In this document: positions 1 through 9,077 of the stretch, piece by piece
Position numbering within the stretch: the stretch's first letter is position 1
How the letters are laid out: each line of letters opens with the position of its first letter
Source: a virus
Taxonomy: Duplodnaviria > Caudoviricetes
Direction: 5' to 3' (one strand)
IMG/VR virus record: IMGVR_UViG_3300020577_004280
Location: 64,001 to 128,000 of that record
Length of the DNA: 64,000 bases
The notes under the pieces: generated by a model
What the model was told of the DNA's origin: nothing
The model's input: only the letters and a program-made list of their open reading frames with translations
Databases searched by the model: none
Position numbers and translations under genes: made by a program

Positions 1-923
1 GTCGTAAAAAGGGTAATCCCGGCGATAAAGACTTTAGAAGCGATTTTATAGACCAAAACGGTGACCATTGGATGGAATTTATAGTACGTCATCACGGTTT
101 ACAAGAATGGATGGATATCACCGGCAAAACGGATATTAAAGAAAGCCCGTATCATGGTTCTACAGCACATGACATAGATTGGGTAGAAAAAGTAAAAATG
201 CAGAGTATTATTGGTAAGCATATAGATAATTCCCTTTCAGTTACAGTTAATCTACCAAACGATGTTACAGAAGAAAAAGTGTCAGAGATTTATCTTACAG
301 CATGGAAAACTGGCTGTAAAGGTATGACTATTTATAGAGATGGATGTAGAACCGGAGTATTGGTTTCTAACGAAACACCAAAACAAAGTGATAAACTCTG
401 TAAAACTAATGCTCCACCAAGACCAAAATCTTTACCATGCGATGTACATCATCTTACTGTTAAAGGAGTTAGGTATTGTGCCATCATAGGTTTAATGGAA
501 AATGAACCATACGAAGTCTTTATCATGAGAAACTGTAATAGTGAAGGTGATTCCATTATCTCACGTACTGTCACCAAAGCAAAACTTGATAAACAGAAAC
601 GCGGTCACTATAATATCATAGGAGATGATGAAGAGGTTATTTATCAGATTGTTTCCGCGAATTGCGAGGAACATGAAGAGATGTTGGCTCGCATGACTTC
701 TACAGCTTTAAGACATGGCTCCGATATTAGTTTTATTGTACACCAATTGGAAAAAACTAGAGGTGATATGCAGAGTTTTAGCAAGGTTATCGCCAGAACA
801 CTTAAAAAATACGTACCTGATGGTACTGAAGTTAAAGGTGAAATTTGTCAGAATTGTAGCGGTAAATTGATTAGAGCATCAGGATGTATTGAGTGTCCAA
901 ACTGTGGATGGAGTAAGTGCTAA
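1..923 (+). CDS. nrdJ: Class II (B12-dependent) ribonucleotide reductase, C-terminal part; 5' end lies outside the window
   Basis: Frame open from position 3 (RKKGNPGDK...). Motifs IDNSLSVTVNLP and GCKGMTIYRDGCR, a TSCPD-like region (ARMTSTALRHG) and a terminal CxxC...CxxC..WSKC zinc ribbon. Confidence 0.9.
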   Translation, partial: RKKGNPGDKDFRSDFIDQNGDHWMEFIVRHHGLQEWMDITGKTDIKESPYHGSTAHDIDWVEKVKMQSIIGKHIDNSLSVTVNLPNDVTEEKVSEIYLTAWKTGCKGMTIYRDGCRTGVLVSNETPKQSDKLCKTNAPPRPKSLPCDVHHLTVKGVRYCAIIGLMENEPYEVFIMRNCNSEGDSIISRTVTKAKLDKQKRGHYNIIGDDEEVIYQIVSANCEEHEEMLARMTSTALRHGSDISFIVHQLEKTRGDMQSFSKVIARTLKKYVPDGTEVKGEICQNCSGKLIRASGCIECPNCGWSKC

Positions 924-1077
924 CATCGCTACTAATATATAGTTTAGCAACATTAGGTATCTTACTAAGTAAAGTAATATAATGAATAAAACAGTAGTAA
1001 ACATCAGAACCGAAATTCGCGGTATAAGAGCCAACGATTTTATATATGATGATTATTCAACAACAGGACCAACAAAT

Positions 1078-1404
1078 ATGACATTTAACGATTATCAAGA
1101 AGAAGCTATCAAAACCGCGATTTATCCACAAGAATACAAAATTATGTACCCGGCTATGGGACTTGCTGGTGAATGCGGAGAAATTTTAAATAAAATCAAG
1201 AAAGTATACAGAGATAAAAATGGAGAATTCTCAGATGAGACAAAATTAGCTCTATCGCTCGAACTTGGTGATGTTTTGTGGTATGTAGCCGCATTAGCAA
1301 ACGATTTAGGGGTAGGCTTAAATGCTATCGCCGGAGATAATATAGCAAAACTCTCTTCTAGAAAAGAGCGTGGAGTTATTGGTGGAAGCGGAGACAACAG
1401 GTAA
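1078..1404 (+). CDS. MazG-like nucleoside triphosphate pyrophosphohydrolase
   Basis: MTFNDYQ..A..TA, GLAGECGE, ELGDVLWY, N..KL..R..RG. Start at 1078 has an AGGA RBS; the track starts at 982. Confidence 0.85.
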   Translation: MTFNDYQEEAIKTAIYPQEYKIMYPAMGLAGECGEILNKIKKVYRDKNGEFSDETKLALSLELGDVLWYVAALANDLGVGLNAIAGDNIAKLSSRKERGVIGGSGDNR

Positions 1405-1628
1405 TGTTTGGACTTTTTGAAGAATGGGATATGTTAATGTTAGAAGCCTATCTAAGCCGCCCATTAACAGAGAAAGAAAAAGAAAGAATTAAAAATCCAG
1501 AACTGCACGAAGATTCGATAACTGTAGTTTGTCAAAATAAAAAACGAATATATCACTATTTTTCTACTGGAGATAGTAATCAATGGAATCTTAGTTCTAT
1601 TATAGAAGATGAATTATGTACGAATTAA
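1404..1628 (+). CDS. hypothetical protein
   Basis: 74 aa ORF coupled to the upstream stop (TAATG overlap). Confidence 0.6.
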   Translation: MFGLFEEWDMLMLEAYLSRPLTEKEKERIKNPELHEDSITVVCQNKKRIYHYFSTGDSNQWNLSSIIEDELCTN

Positions 1629-1870
1629 ATCCAGACGGATGTGGCGATGTTTGTGGGTGTCATCATGTAGAATTATGGATTATAGATGAAAACGGAAAAC
1701 GGAAAGAAATGGTTTGGGATTCTGGATGGGTTTCCGAACCATATAGAGACGAGCAAGATAAAAAAGCTTTTATTGATGATACGTTAGAAGGACTTGCTAA
1801 ATTTGGACTTACGCTGAAATCATGTAATTTCAATGATTATTGGGATTGGGAATGTATACCTATTGGTTGA
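1616..1870 (+). CDS. hypothetical protein
   Basis: 84 aa acidic ORF packed within the operon. Confidence 0.6.
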   Translation: MYELNPDGCGDVCGCHHVELWIIDENGKRKEMVWDSGWVSEPYRDEQDKKAFIDDTLEGLAKFGLTLKSCNFNDYWDWECIPIG

Positions 1871-1880
1871 GGAACAAAAC

Positions 1881-2432
1881 ATGAGAAACTGTCTAGTATT
1901 GAATTCAGATTATACCCCGCTTGATATTATAACTTGGCAAAGAGCTTTTCTAATGATATTTGGAAATAATAAAAACGCTTATGCTATTGAATATCACGGA
2001 ACTACTATTAAAGATAGTGTTGGTCGCATACACGCTTTACCATCTATAATAGTATTGAAAAAGTTTATCAACAACGCTCAAAATAGCATAGCTCCATGCA
2101 AGTATACGAGAACAAACGTGTTTACACGAGATGATTTCAAATGTATGTATTGTGGCAACAAATTCAAAAGTGAAAATCTAACTATTGACCACGTTATTCC
2201 CTTATCAAGATATAAGAAATTAGGCTTTAAAGGAAATCCCAACGGATTAGATAATGTAGTCGCCGCTTGCTATAAGTGTAATGTTAAGAAAGGTAACCAT
2301 ACATGTGATGAATGTAAAATGTACCCTCTGAAAAAACCAAGGAGAGTCACCAAGCGTGAAGCCCTTGTCAACAAACTTCGCAATATGAAAATTCCTCAAG
2401 AATGGGAAAGCTACATAAATAATGTCAACTAA
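1881..2432 (+). CDS. HNH endonuclease (McrA-like)
   Basis: LVLNSDYTPL N-terminus, RDDFKCMYCG, LTIDHVIP, NVVAACYKCNVKKG; GAGGA RBS before 1881. Confidence 0.9.
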   Translation: MRNCLVLNSDYTPLDIITWQRAFLMIFGNNKNAYAIEYHGTTIKDSVGRIHALPSIIVLKKFINNAQNSIAPCKYTRTNVFTRDDFKCMYCGNKFKSENLTIDHVIPLSRYKKLGFKGNPNGLDNVVAACYKCNVKKGNHTCDECKMYPLKKPRRVTKREALVNKLRNMKIPQEWESYINNVN

Positions 2433-3153
2433 AAGACGAACTACTCACACAAGTGGTAAAAACCATAGTCAAAAATCTTCAACTCCTCCTGCGAATAAAG
2501 ATTCAATTGTTATGTATCAACAGTTGAAACCTAGAACTCCAAATCAAGCAGAATTTATTAGGACTGTCAGTGAAAACGATATTACTATCTGTGATTCACC
2601 AGCCGGTGTTGGGAAAACCAGTCTTGCTGTAGGTATTGCTTTAGAGCATTTGCGTGATGGTAAAATTACTAAAATTATTATAGTTAGACCAACTATTGAG
2701 GCGTCTAAGCGTGGTCTTGGTTATCTCAAAGGTGACCTTGATGATAAGTTGGCGCCATACATGATACCTCTATTTGAACAAATAGATGAGTATATTGGTA
2801 AATCTAAACGAGAATATCTTGTAACCAAAGAAATCATTAAGGTTGAATCATTAGAATTTTTCCGTGGGCGTAATCTTAAGAATTGCTATCTTATCGTAGA
2901 TGAGTGTCAAAACGCTACAGAAAAACAATTAAAGATGGTAATGACCCGTTTATGTGAAAATAGTAAGGTAATTATTCTTGGTGATACAGACCAGACAGAC
3001 CTACCTCATAGTGAAGGTGGAGCGTTAGATAAATGTATTGACGTATTAGACGGTGTTGAAGGTGTTGGTATTTGTTATATGGATTATTCCGATATTCAAC
3101 GCCTACCAATAGTTAAACGAGTTTTGGAAGCATTTGAGAGGAGTGAAAATTGA
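2422..3153 (+). CDS. phoH: PhoH-family ATPase
   Basis: PRTPNQ, SPAGVGKT, LGYLKGDLDDKLAPY, FFRGR, IVDECQNAT, GDTDQTD. Confidence 0.95.
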   Translation: MSTKRRTTHTSGKNHSQKSSTPPANKDSIVMYQQLKPRTPNQAEFIRTVSENDITICDSPAGVGKTSLAVGIALEHLRDGKITKIIIVRPTIEASKRGLGYLKGDLDDKLAPYMIPLFEQIDEYIGKSKREYLVTKEIIKVESLEFFRGRNLKNCYLIVDECQNATEKQLKMVMTRLCENSKVIILGDTDQTDLPHSEGGALDKCIDVLDGVEGVGICYMDYSDIQRLPIVKRVLEAFERSEN

Positions 3154-3590
3154 AAGTTGCAGTTGTAGGAGCAAAAATAGTAAAAAAAGAACAAGTGTTA
3201 GACGCTATTCAAGCATCAACATTTAAGATTGACAGTTTTATTACTGCCGAAGGTAGTGAGATTGACAACATTGTGCATGAATACGCACAATCTAAAAAAC
3301 TTGAAGTAGAATCTTATGGAATCAATTGGAATGATTTATCTGGTGATAACGTTAGTATCGCTATAAATAAATGGAATAAAGAATATAACAAAAATGCACC
3401 GGCCAATCGGACAGCAGCTATGGTAGATGACTGTGATGCGATGATTATTATTGATGATAATGAGATTGAAGCCAACCAATGTAAGCGTAAGATTGAGTCC
3501 AGCGGAAAACCATCATATGTATATTCTCTTATTAGAAAATCATTTGCTGGCGTAACCGCTAATACGGAGGGATATATTTATGAGTTCTAA
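3150..3590 (+). CDS. SLOG-superfamily (DUF2493/YspA-like) protein, divergent
   Basis: MKVAVVG start, W...YNKNAPANR..AMVDDCDA pattern typical of phage SLOG proteins. Confidence 0.55.
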   Translation: MKVAVVGAKIVKKEQVLDAIQASTFKIDSFITAEGSEIDNIVHEYAQSKKLEVESYGINWNDLSGDNVSIAINKWNKEYNKNAPANRTAAMVDDCDAMIIIDDNEIEANQCKRKIESSGKPSYVYSLIRKSFAGVTANTEGYIYEF

Positions 3591-4044
3591 TACGTTTTTC
3601 ATTACTAATGGTAAAATAAAAACAGAAATTACTGCACGGTTATATGATGATATTCTACAACAATTAAATAAACCTGAAATTCCAATCTCAATTAAGAAAC
3701 AATTCGCAAAAGAAGAAAAAGAATTATATAAAGGTATAAAAGCTACTATAAAAATTCCAGTTTATGATATATCTTGCGATATATTTGTTATATCTGATGA
3801 TATTTTTAGTGAGGATATATATATAAGTGTAATTAACTGCAAAAGCATATCTGGTAATAAGATATTAAATAAATTATTCAAAGATATGGAATTGTATGAC
3901 GATATTGAAAATTTAACTACAGATTTTGGTCAAGCTATTTTTAATAAACTTAACACATCAAAACCCGTCCAAGAATATCGTAAAAAATTATCCCGATTTG
4001 TAGTAAAAGTGGAAAAAGCAGGACTAAGACAAGGGGATTACTAA
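3580..4044 (+). CDS. hypothetical protein
   Basis: 154 aa ORF with GGAGG RBS. Confidence 0.65.
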   Translation: MSSNTFFITNGKIKTEITARLYDDILQQLNKPEIPISIKKQFAKEEKELYKGIKATIKIPVYDISCDIFVISDDIFSEDIYISVINCKSISGNKILNKLFKDMELYDDIENLTTDFGQAIFNKLNTSKPVQEYRKKLSRFVVKVEKAGLRQGDY

Positions 4045-4045
4045 G

Positions 4046-4465
4046 ATTAATACATACGAATATCGCTGCAATAACTGCAAGCATGAATTTGAAGCACAAC
4101 AGCACTTCAAAGACAAACCGCTTAAAAAATGCCCAGAATGTAAAAAGAATAAACTAGAACGTCTAATTTCTTCACCATCTGTAATTAATATGGGTCCAAA
4201 AACACTTGGCACACTAGCTGAGAAAAAAACAGATAAGATGGGTAAATACGCCAGAGATAAACTTATTAAAGAATCTAGTGAAAAACGTGAGGCGGCTGAG
4301 AACGAAATATCAAGACAGTCTGAAAAAATGGGTGGAAAACCTATTAAAAAGAAAAATAAAGACGCTCCTTGGTATCGCAAAAACAGTAAGGTTAGCCAGA
4401 AAAAAATAGCGAAGATGACCAACGAACAAAAACAAAAATATATCTTGGAAGGTAAAATATCATGA
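4046..4465 (+). CDS. FmdB-family zinc-ribbon protein, probable ATT start
   Basis: In frame with the 4190 ORF: (I)NTYEYRCNNCKHEFEAQQHFKDKPLKKCPECKKNKLERLIS. In-frame TAA at 4025; AAGGGGA RBS at 4031-4037. Confidence 0.8.
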   Translation: MNTYEYRCNNCKHEFEAQQHFKDKPLKKCPECKKNKLERLISSPSVINMGPKTLGTLAEKKTDKMGKYARDKLIKESSEKREAAENEISRQSEKMGGKPIKKKNKDAPWYRKNSKVSQKKIAKMTNEQKQKYILEGKIS

Positions 4466-4680
4466 GTGATAATTTAAAACCTCATAGAGCGGCAATTTTA
4501 ATGAAAATCGAGATAAGTGATGTATTACCAACCGGCGAGTCAACAAACAATCCAATTCCTATAGAGAGACTACAAGAGTACGAGTTAGCACCTACTATGG
4601 TAATAATTGTTAATGGATTCGATATGGATAACTGCTTACAAAAACTCAAACAAAAAATTGACGAATTTAAGAAAGACTAA
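4462..4680 (+). CDS. hypothetical protein
   Basis: 72 aa, ATGA-coupled to the upstream gene. Confidence 0.6.
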   Translation: MSDNLKPHRAAILMKIEISDVLPTGESTNNPIPIERLQEYELAPTMVIIVNGFDMDNCLQKLKQKIDEFKKD

Positions 4681-4681
4681 T

Positions 4682-4990
4682 ATGAGTATAGATTTTCCAG
4701 AAGAATCGCAAGACCTGCAAACACATATTAATGTAGTTGTAGGAGCTAACAATAAACAATACTATCCTTTAATATGCTCACATTGTGACAAAGAATTGAT
4801 AGAAATTTTTGTAAAAGACTATACCGAGGTCACAAAAAGTTATTCTGCTAACTGTCCTCATTGTGGTGATAAAACATTTAAACGCAAAATTACAGGTAGA
4901 TATATTATTATGTTAAAACCCGATGTAATTCTTATAGATATAGAAGAAGATGAAAGTTCTGTAAATTTTAAGTTAGGAGAAGTAAAGTGA
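4682..4990 (+). CDS. zinc-ribbon hypothetical protein
   Basis: CSHC...CPHC; the ATG at 4682 follows the upstream stop. Confidence 0.65.
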   Translation: MSIDFPEESQDLQTHINVVVGANNKQYYPLICSHCDKELIEIFVKDYTEVTKSYSANCPHCGDKTFKRKITGRYIIMLKPDVILIDIEEDESSVNFKLGEVK

Positions 4991-5268
4991 AACAAAAAAC
5001 CATTTACTTAAATAATGGTACTGTAACAGAGGAAGACGGCAAGGATTCAGTTGCCAAATCATCATTCAATGATGAAACTAAAAAAGAATTGTACTATGTA
5101 AAGTTCCATCGCGGGTCTATCCTCAATGTAACCGACGCATCCTATCACAGAAACAGAGTAAACGCTAAATACCGATTAGTAAATAAAAAGGCTTTTGACT
5201 TCTATGTGAAGTATATTAATGGTAAAGGCGAAACATTTCTTAGAGAAGCAGAAAGAGCATTATTATGA
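4987..5268 (+). CDS. hypothetical protein
   Basis: 93 aa, GTGA-coupled, AGGAG RBS. Confidence 0.65.
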   Translation: MKQKTIYLNNGTVTEEDGKDSVAKSSFNDETKKELYYVKFHRGSILNVTDASYHRNRVNAKYRLVNKKAFDFYVKYINGKGETFLREAERALL

Positions 5269-5606
5269 GTTTAAATAAGAGTCAGTTAGAATACATCGAA
5301 AAATATCGTGGTGAACTTTCAGCTAAACAAATAGCAAAAGATTGTGGAACAACAGCAACACTTGTAACACAAGAAATCAATAGGCTAAATAAAGATAAAC
5401 CTATTGTACCAGAAGTAAGCGAAAAAGATAAAATTAAGCCAAGAAAAGATACCACTTTTATGAAGTCTATTGCTAAGAATAAACAATCATTAGTGATGAC
5501 TGAGGGTGGCGCACAAATGGGCGACGATTTCCATGTCAAGAAAAAGGGTAAGAAGAATAAACATATTGGATGTATCCATAATCCATTAGGGAAAGAAGAA
5601 TGCTAG
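5265..5606 (+). CDS. HTH-containing hypothetical protein
   Basis: LSAKQIAKDCGTTATLV helix-turn-helix-like segment. Confidence 0.6.
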   Translation: MSLNKSQLEYIEKYRGELSAKQIAKDCGTTATLVTQEINRLNKDKPIVPEVSEKDKIKPRKDTTFMKSIAKNKQSLVMTEGGAQMGDDFHVKKKGKKNKHIGCIHNPLGKEEC

Positions 5607-6106
5607 CGTTTGAACCTGACGATTATATCAACGAAATTTATGAATCTCATTCTAGATGGATTGTTACGCTTTCTGATGGTAGGAAAGTATATCAAGATGA
5701 CGGCAGGCCCGGAACGCAAACCAGCGCGTGGCTTAGACTTAGGACTTTTTTGGAGAAAAATCCTGAAATTTCTATAGTCTCCATGACAATTTCCTTCCGA
5801 GACAATATACTCAATGTAGGAAATGATGCTGAAGGTTACTTTTTTGTAAAATCTGTTTTAGGCTCTCCTAATTTATCAGAACGACCAACTATCGAAATGT
5901 GGGTTGTCGGAACTTATAATAATGGAGAGTTGAGAACAAAACGCTATACAGTACCAGAAATGATATTAGTTGAAGAAGAAATTAGAGACCCATTGAAAGC
6001 TGGAGAGTGTTTAATATGTCCACAGAACGTAATGAATCGTATCCTTACAAGTCACCAACAACACCAAACTTGTATTGTTCAGCCGCTCAGTATATTGCCG
6101 AACTAA
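5600..6106 (+). CDS. hypothetical protein
   Basis: 168 aa ORF within the operon. Confidence 0.65.
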   Translation: MLAFEPDDYINEIYESHSRWIVTLSDGRKVYQDDGRPGTQTSAWLRLRTFLEKNPEISIVSMTISFRDNILNVGNDAEGYFFVKSVLGSPNLSERPTIEMWVVGTYNNGELRTKRYTVPEMILVEEEIRDPLKAGECLICPQNVMNRILTSHQQHQTCIVQPLSILPN

Positions 6107-6453
6107 TGTGTCTTAGACAAGCTAAGCAAAAAAGAAAAACACTAGGTCAGAAATTTTGGACAGATGATAGCTGGAAAGTAGCTTATAAGCAACATATCTT
6201 AGCGGCTAACACTCTCTTAAAAATATTTGACCCACAAGCAATAATTAACGCCTTAAACCAGAAAGAATTCATGTGGGTGACTTCTCTACGGGTTAAGGCG
6301 TTTAATCAATGTATAATTCAAGAAGCCGATAAACTTGCGGCTCTGAAAGAAAGATTAAAAAAGGACCAAGTTAATGCTACTGTTGACAATACTCCAACTG
6401 TAATAGTTAAACCCTTTTCAACTAATAAGTCAAAATTGAAAGATTTAGATTAG
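6016..6453 (+). CDS. hypothetical protein
   Basis: ORF ending directly before recA; GGAG RBS before ATG 6016. Confidence 0.65.
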   Translation: MSTERNESYPYKSPTTPNLYCSAAQYIAELMCLRQAKQKRKTLGQKFWTDDSWKVAYKQHILAANTLLKIFDPQAIINALNQKEFMWVTSLRVKAFNQCIIQEADKLAALKERLKKDQVNATVDNTPTVIVKPFSTNKSKLKDLD

Positions 6454-7488
6454 ATGGCAAAAAAGAAATCAGAAGATACCGAAGTGTCTATAGTATCAAA
6501 TTTTAGAGAACAATTACGTGCTGGTATAATTAAAAAATATGGCGAGGGTATCGCCAGAGAAATGACGGAAATTAAGGAAGAAAAAAAGATAATTATTCCT
6601 GTCAGCCCTGCTGTAGATAGAGCTATTAACGGTGGTATTCCAGAGGGTAGTTGGGTGATTTTATCCGGTCCAGAAAAAATGGGTAAAACAACTTTAGCGT
6701 TGCAAATTGCCGCTAACGCTCAAAAGAAAGAAAATGGAGGAAAAACTGTATACTACCTTGATGTTGAAGGTAGATTCAAGGATATGAACTTGGATACAGT
6801 TAGCTCTTTTCGGTCAGATATGTGCGAACATATTCGTTCTCAAACCGGCAAAATATTAACCGCAGAAGACTATCTATCTATCGCTATAGATATTATTAAA
6901 GGGCATCCCGGTTGTGTATTAATTATTGACTCAGCTTCCGCTTTATGTGCTGCTAAAGAAATGACCGAGGATTTGAAAGCACAAGCTAGAAACGACGGTC
7001 CAAAGCTGTTAGCAACTTTCTGTCGCCAAATGGGTAATGTGGTACCAATCAATAACGTAACTGTTATTATCATTCAACACCTAATTGCCAACACTAGCGG
7101 CTACGGTCCTACCAAGATGGAAGACGGCGGCAACAAGATTAAATATCAAGTTGACGTGAAACTTCGTGGTAAAGGTGCTGAAAAATGGATGTTGAATACC
7201 GATACTCAAATAGGTCAGTTAGCTAACTGGGATGTTATAGTTTCAGCTTTAGGTCCACCCGGTGGGAAAGTACAAAGCTACGTTAGATACGGTTATGGCA
7301 TTGACGAAACTATGGAGCTAATTGAAATAGCCTCAGATTTCGGTATTATTAATAAAGCCGGAGCTTGGTATAGCTTTGAAATGAATGGTGAGGAAATCAA
7401 AGCACAGGGTATGGAAAAAATGTGTATTCTATTAAGAGAAAATAAAGACAAGTATGATTTTATTTATAATCAAGTGAGGGCTATATAA
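6454..7488 (+). CDS. recA: RecA/UvsX-family recombinase
   Basis: GGIPEG, Walker A GPEKMGKTT, YLDVEG, LIIDS, GGNKIKY, IINKAGAWY..GMEK. Confidence 0.93.
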   Translation: MAKKKSEDTEVSIVSNFREQLRAGIIKKYGEGIAREMTEIKEEKKIIIPVSPAVDRAINGGIPEGSWVILSGPEKMGKTTLALQIAANAQKKENGGKTVYYLDVEGRFKDMNLDTVSSFRSDMCEHIRSQTGKILTAEDYLSIAIDIIKGHPGCVLIIDSASALCAAKEMTEDLKAQARNDGPKLLATFCRQMGNVVPINNVTVIIIQHLIANTSGYGPTKMEDGGNKIKYQVDVKLRGKGAEKWMLNTDTQIGQLANWDVIVSALGPPGGKVQSYVRYGYGIDETMELIEIASDFGIINKAGAWYSFEMNGEEIKAQGMEKMCILLRENKDKYDFIYNQVRAI

Positions 7489-7691
7489 TGTATTTTGTTG
7501 GATATGTAGAATATAGTGATGGATACTGTTGCGATATGTATAGTGATGAAGTTGTAATTGTTGAATTTCATACCAAGCAAGACGCCGAATCTTTCATAAA
7601 AAAGATAAAAGATACAACTAAAGGATGTCATTCGATACCAAGACTTATAAAACCTTATACAGAAGAATCTCACTCAGAAAGAATTGAATGA
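7488..7691 (+). CDS. hypothetical protein
   Basis: 67 aa, coupled at both ends. Confidence 0.55.
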   Translation: MYFVGYVEYSDGYCCDMYSDEVVIVEFHTKQDAESFIKKIKDTTKGCHSIPRLIKPYTEESHSERIE

Positions 7692-8059
7692 AAGTTATCG
7701 GATTAGACAATAAAGAACATTCGTGGAATCTTTCCTTATATGTTAAAAACCAACGTAGAGGATGTTCTGAATACCATAAGCGTGCCAGACAACTTTTAAA
7801 ACAAATGTTTCCTTTTGACCAAATCTTAGAAGAAGTACCGATACCTAGTACCAATTTATTTGCTGATTTCTTTATTCCAAAACAAATGAAAATGATAGAG
7901 GTTCAAGGCGAACAACATACTAATTACACCCCGTTCTTTCACAAAAATAAACGTAATTTTGGTAAAGCTAAACTTAGAGATAAAACAAAAAGAGAATGGT
8001 GTGAATTAAACGGTATTGAGCTAATTGAGCTATCATATTCTGAATCTGATATAGAATGA
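7688..8059 (+). CDS. Vsr/DUF559-like PD-(D/E)XK endonuclease
   Basis: ADFFIP..MIEVQGEQH...RD..KREWC..NGI.LIE. Confidence 0.8.
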   Translation: MKVIGLDNKEHSWNLSLYVKNQRRGCSEYHKRARQLLKQMFPFDQILEEVPIPSTNLFADFFIPKQMKMIEVQGEQHTNYTPFFHKNKRNFGKAKLRDKTKREWCELNGIELIELSYSESDIE

Positions 8060-8559
8060 CAAGAAAAAATATGGAAACAGTAGATGAAAAAATTAAAAAA
8101 CTTGACGCTATGCTTGATGAATATGACCAAAAAGTGGGCGTCTCGTCATTTAAATACGATAATCAAATAGAGAGCGTGCTTAATTATACTCAAACAGACT
8201 TACGGGCATTAACTATTGAAGAATGTGGCGAAGACGGTTTTAGATTACAACGGCATTCTGGTTATATTCAAAAAGAGTGTAATAGACTGAATGCCAGAAT
8301 TAGATGGCTACATCGATGTATTGATATGGAGATGGCCACTAGATTTAAAGATTACGGCACTCAATATACGTCGTACAATGAGAGAACATTTCTAGCCTGT
8401 AATGACCCAACTAATATCTACATGAAAAAACTGCAAGACTTGCTAATGCACTGTGAAATCCGCAAGGAAGAATTATCGTTCATTTCTTCCAAAGTCGCAA
8501 GCATGGCTCAAACATTAATCGAACAGAAACAAGCTAAGAGGCAACAAAAATGGGAGTAA
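8056..8559 (+). CDS. helical hypothetical protein (possibly UvsY-like recombination mediator)
   Basis: Coiled-coil character and position between recA and dnaB; the UvsY guess is contextual only. Confidence 0.5.
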   Translation: MTRKNMETVDEKIKKLDAMLDEYDQKVGVSSFKYDNQIESVLNYTQTDLRALTIEECGEDGFRLQRHSGYIQKECNRLNARIRWLHRCIDMEMATRFKDYGTQYTSYNERTFLACNDPTNIYMKKLQDLLMHCEIRKEELSFISSKVASMAQTLIEQKQAKRQQKWE

Positions 8560-9077
8560 TGACTTTATTAAAAGAAGGTCTGGATGAAAAAGACTGGGAC
8601 AAAGTTAAACGAGCTTATAACGAGCTAGCTGGTATTGAGCCAGAAGATTTGATACTGCAATCAGTACACGCAAAAAACAATTTATATGATAATATTGGAG
8701 AAGACGAAGAAGACGAGCAAAGTAATTTCGTTCACCAAATCAGAAAACCAAACAGCAAACCCAAAAGAGGGAAGATTATTGTTTCTGATGATTTAACTGG
8801 AGAAGAAAAGAATTATGGCGTTACAGAACCAATTAATAGACATAAGGTGAAAACAGTAGGAAATCTGTTTAATCCAGATGAATATAATGATGTAGAAAAA
8901 GATGCCGATATTGGTATAGTTTATCCTAAGAAATCAAAAAAGGGTAAAAGGCCACCGCCAAAATTTATTAAGACTAATTGTGAACGATGTAAAAAATCAT
9001 TTACAGTGGCTCCATTTTTTATTAAGTCTACTGGCTACGTATGCGATGGTTGCATAGGAAGGATGAGAAGTGAGTAA
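8559..9077 (+). CDS. hypothetical protein with C-terminal zinc ribbon
   Basis: CERC...CDGC at the C-terminus. Confidence 0.65.
   Translation: MTLLKEGLDEKDWDKVKRAYNELAGIEPEDLILQSVHAKNNLYDNIGEDEEDEQSNFVHQIRKPNSKPKRGKIIVSDDLTGEEKNYGVTEPINRHKVKTVGNLFNPDEYNDVEKDADIGIVYPKKSKKGKRPPPKFIKTNCERCKKSFTVAPFFIKSTGYVCDGCIGRMRSE

Noticed and set aside
924-1077. Structured RNA or tRNA between nrdJ and mazG
   Set aside because: AT-rich with no cloverleaf or strong stem; no tRNA-like sequence seen anywhere in the window.
4024-4422. 132-aa minus-strand ORF and the other short antisense ORFs in the track
   Set aside because: They shadow well-supported genes on the opposite strand and have no motifs.
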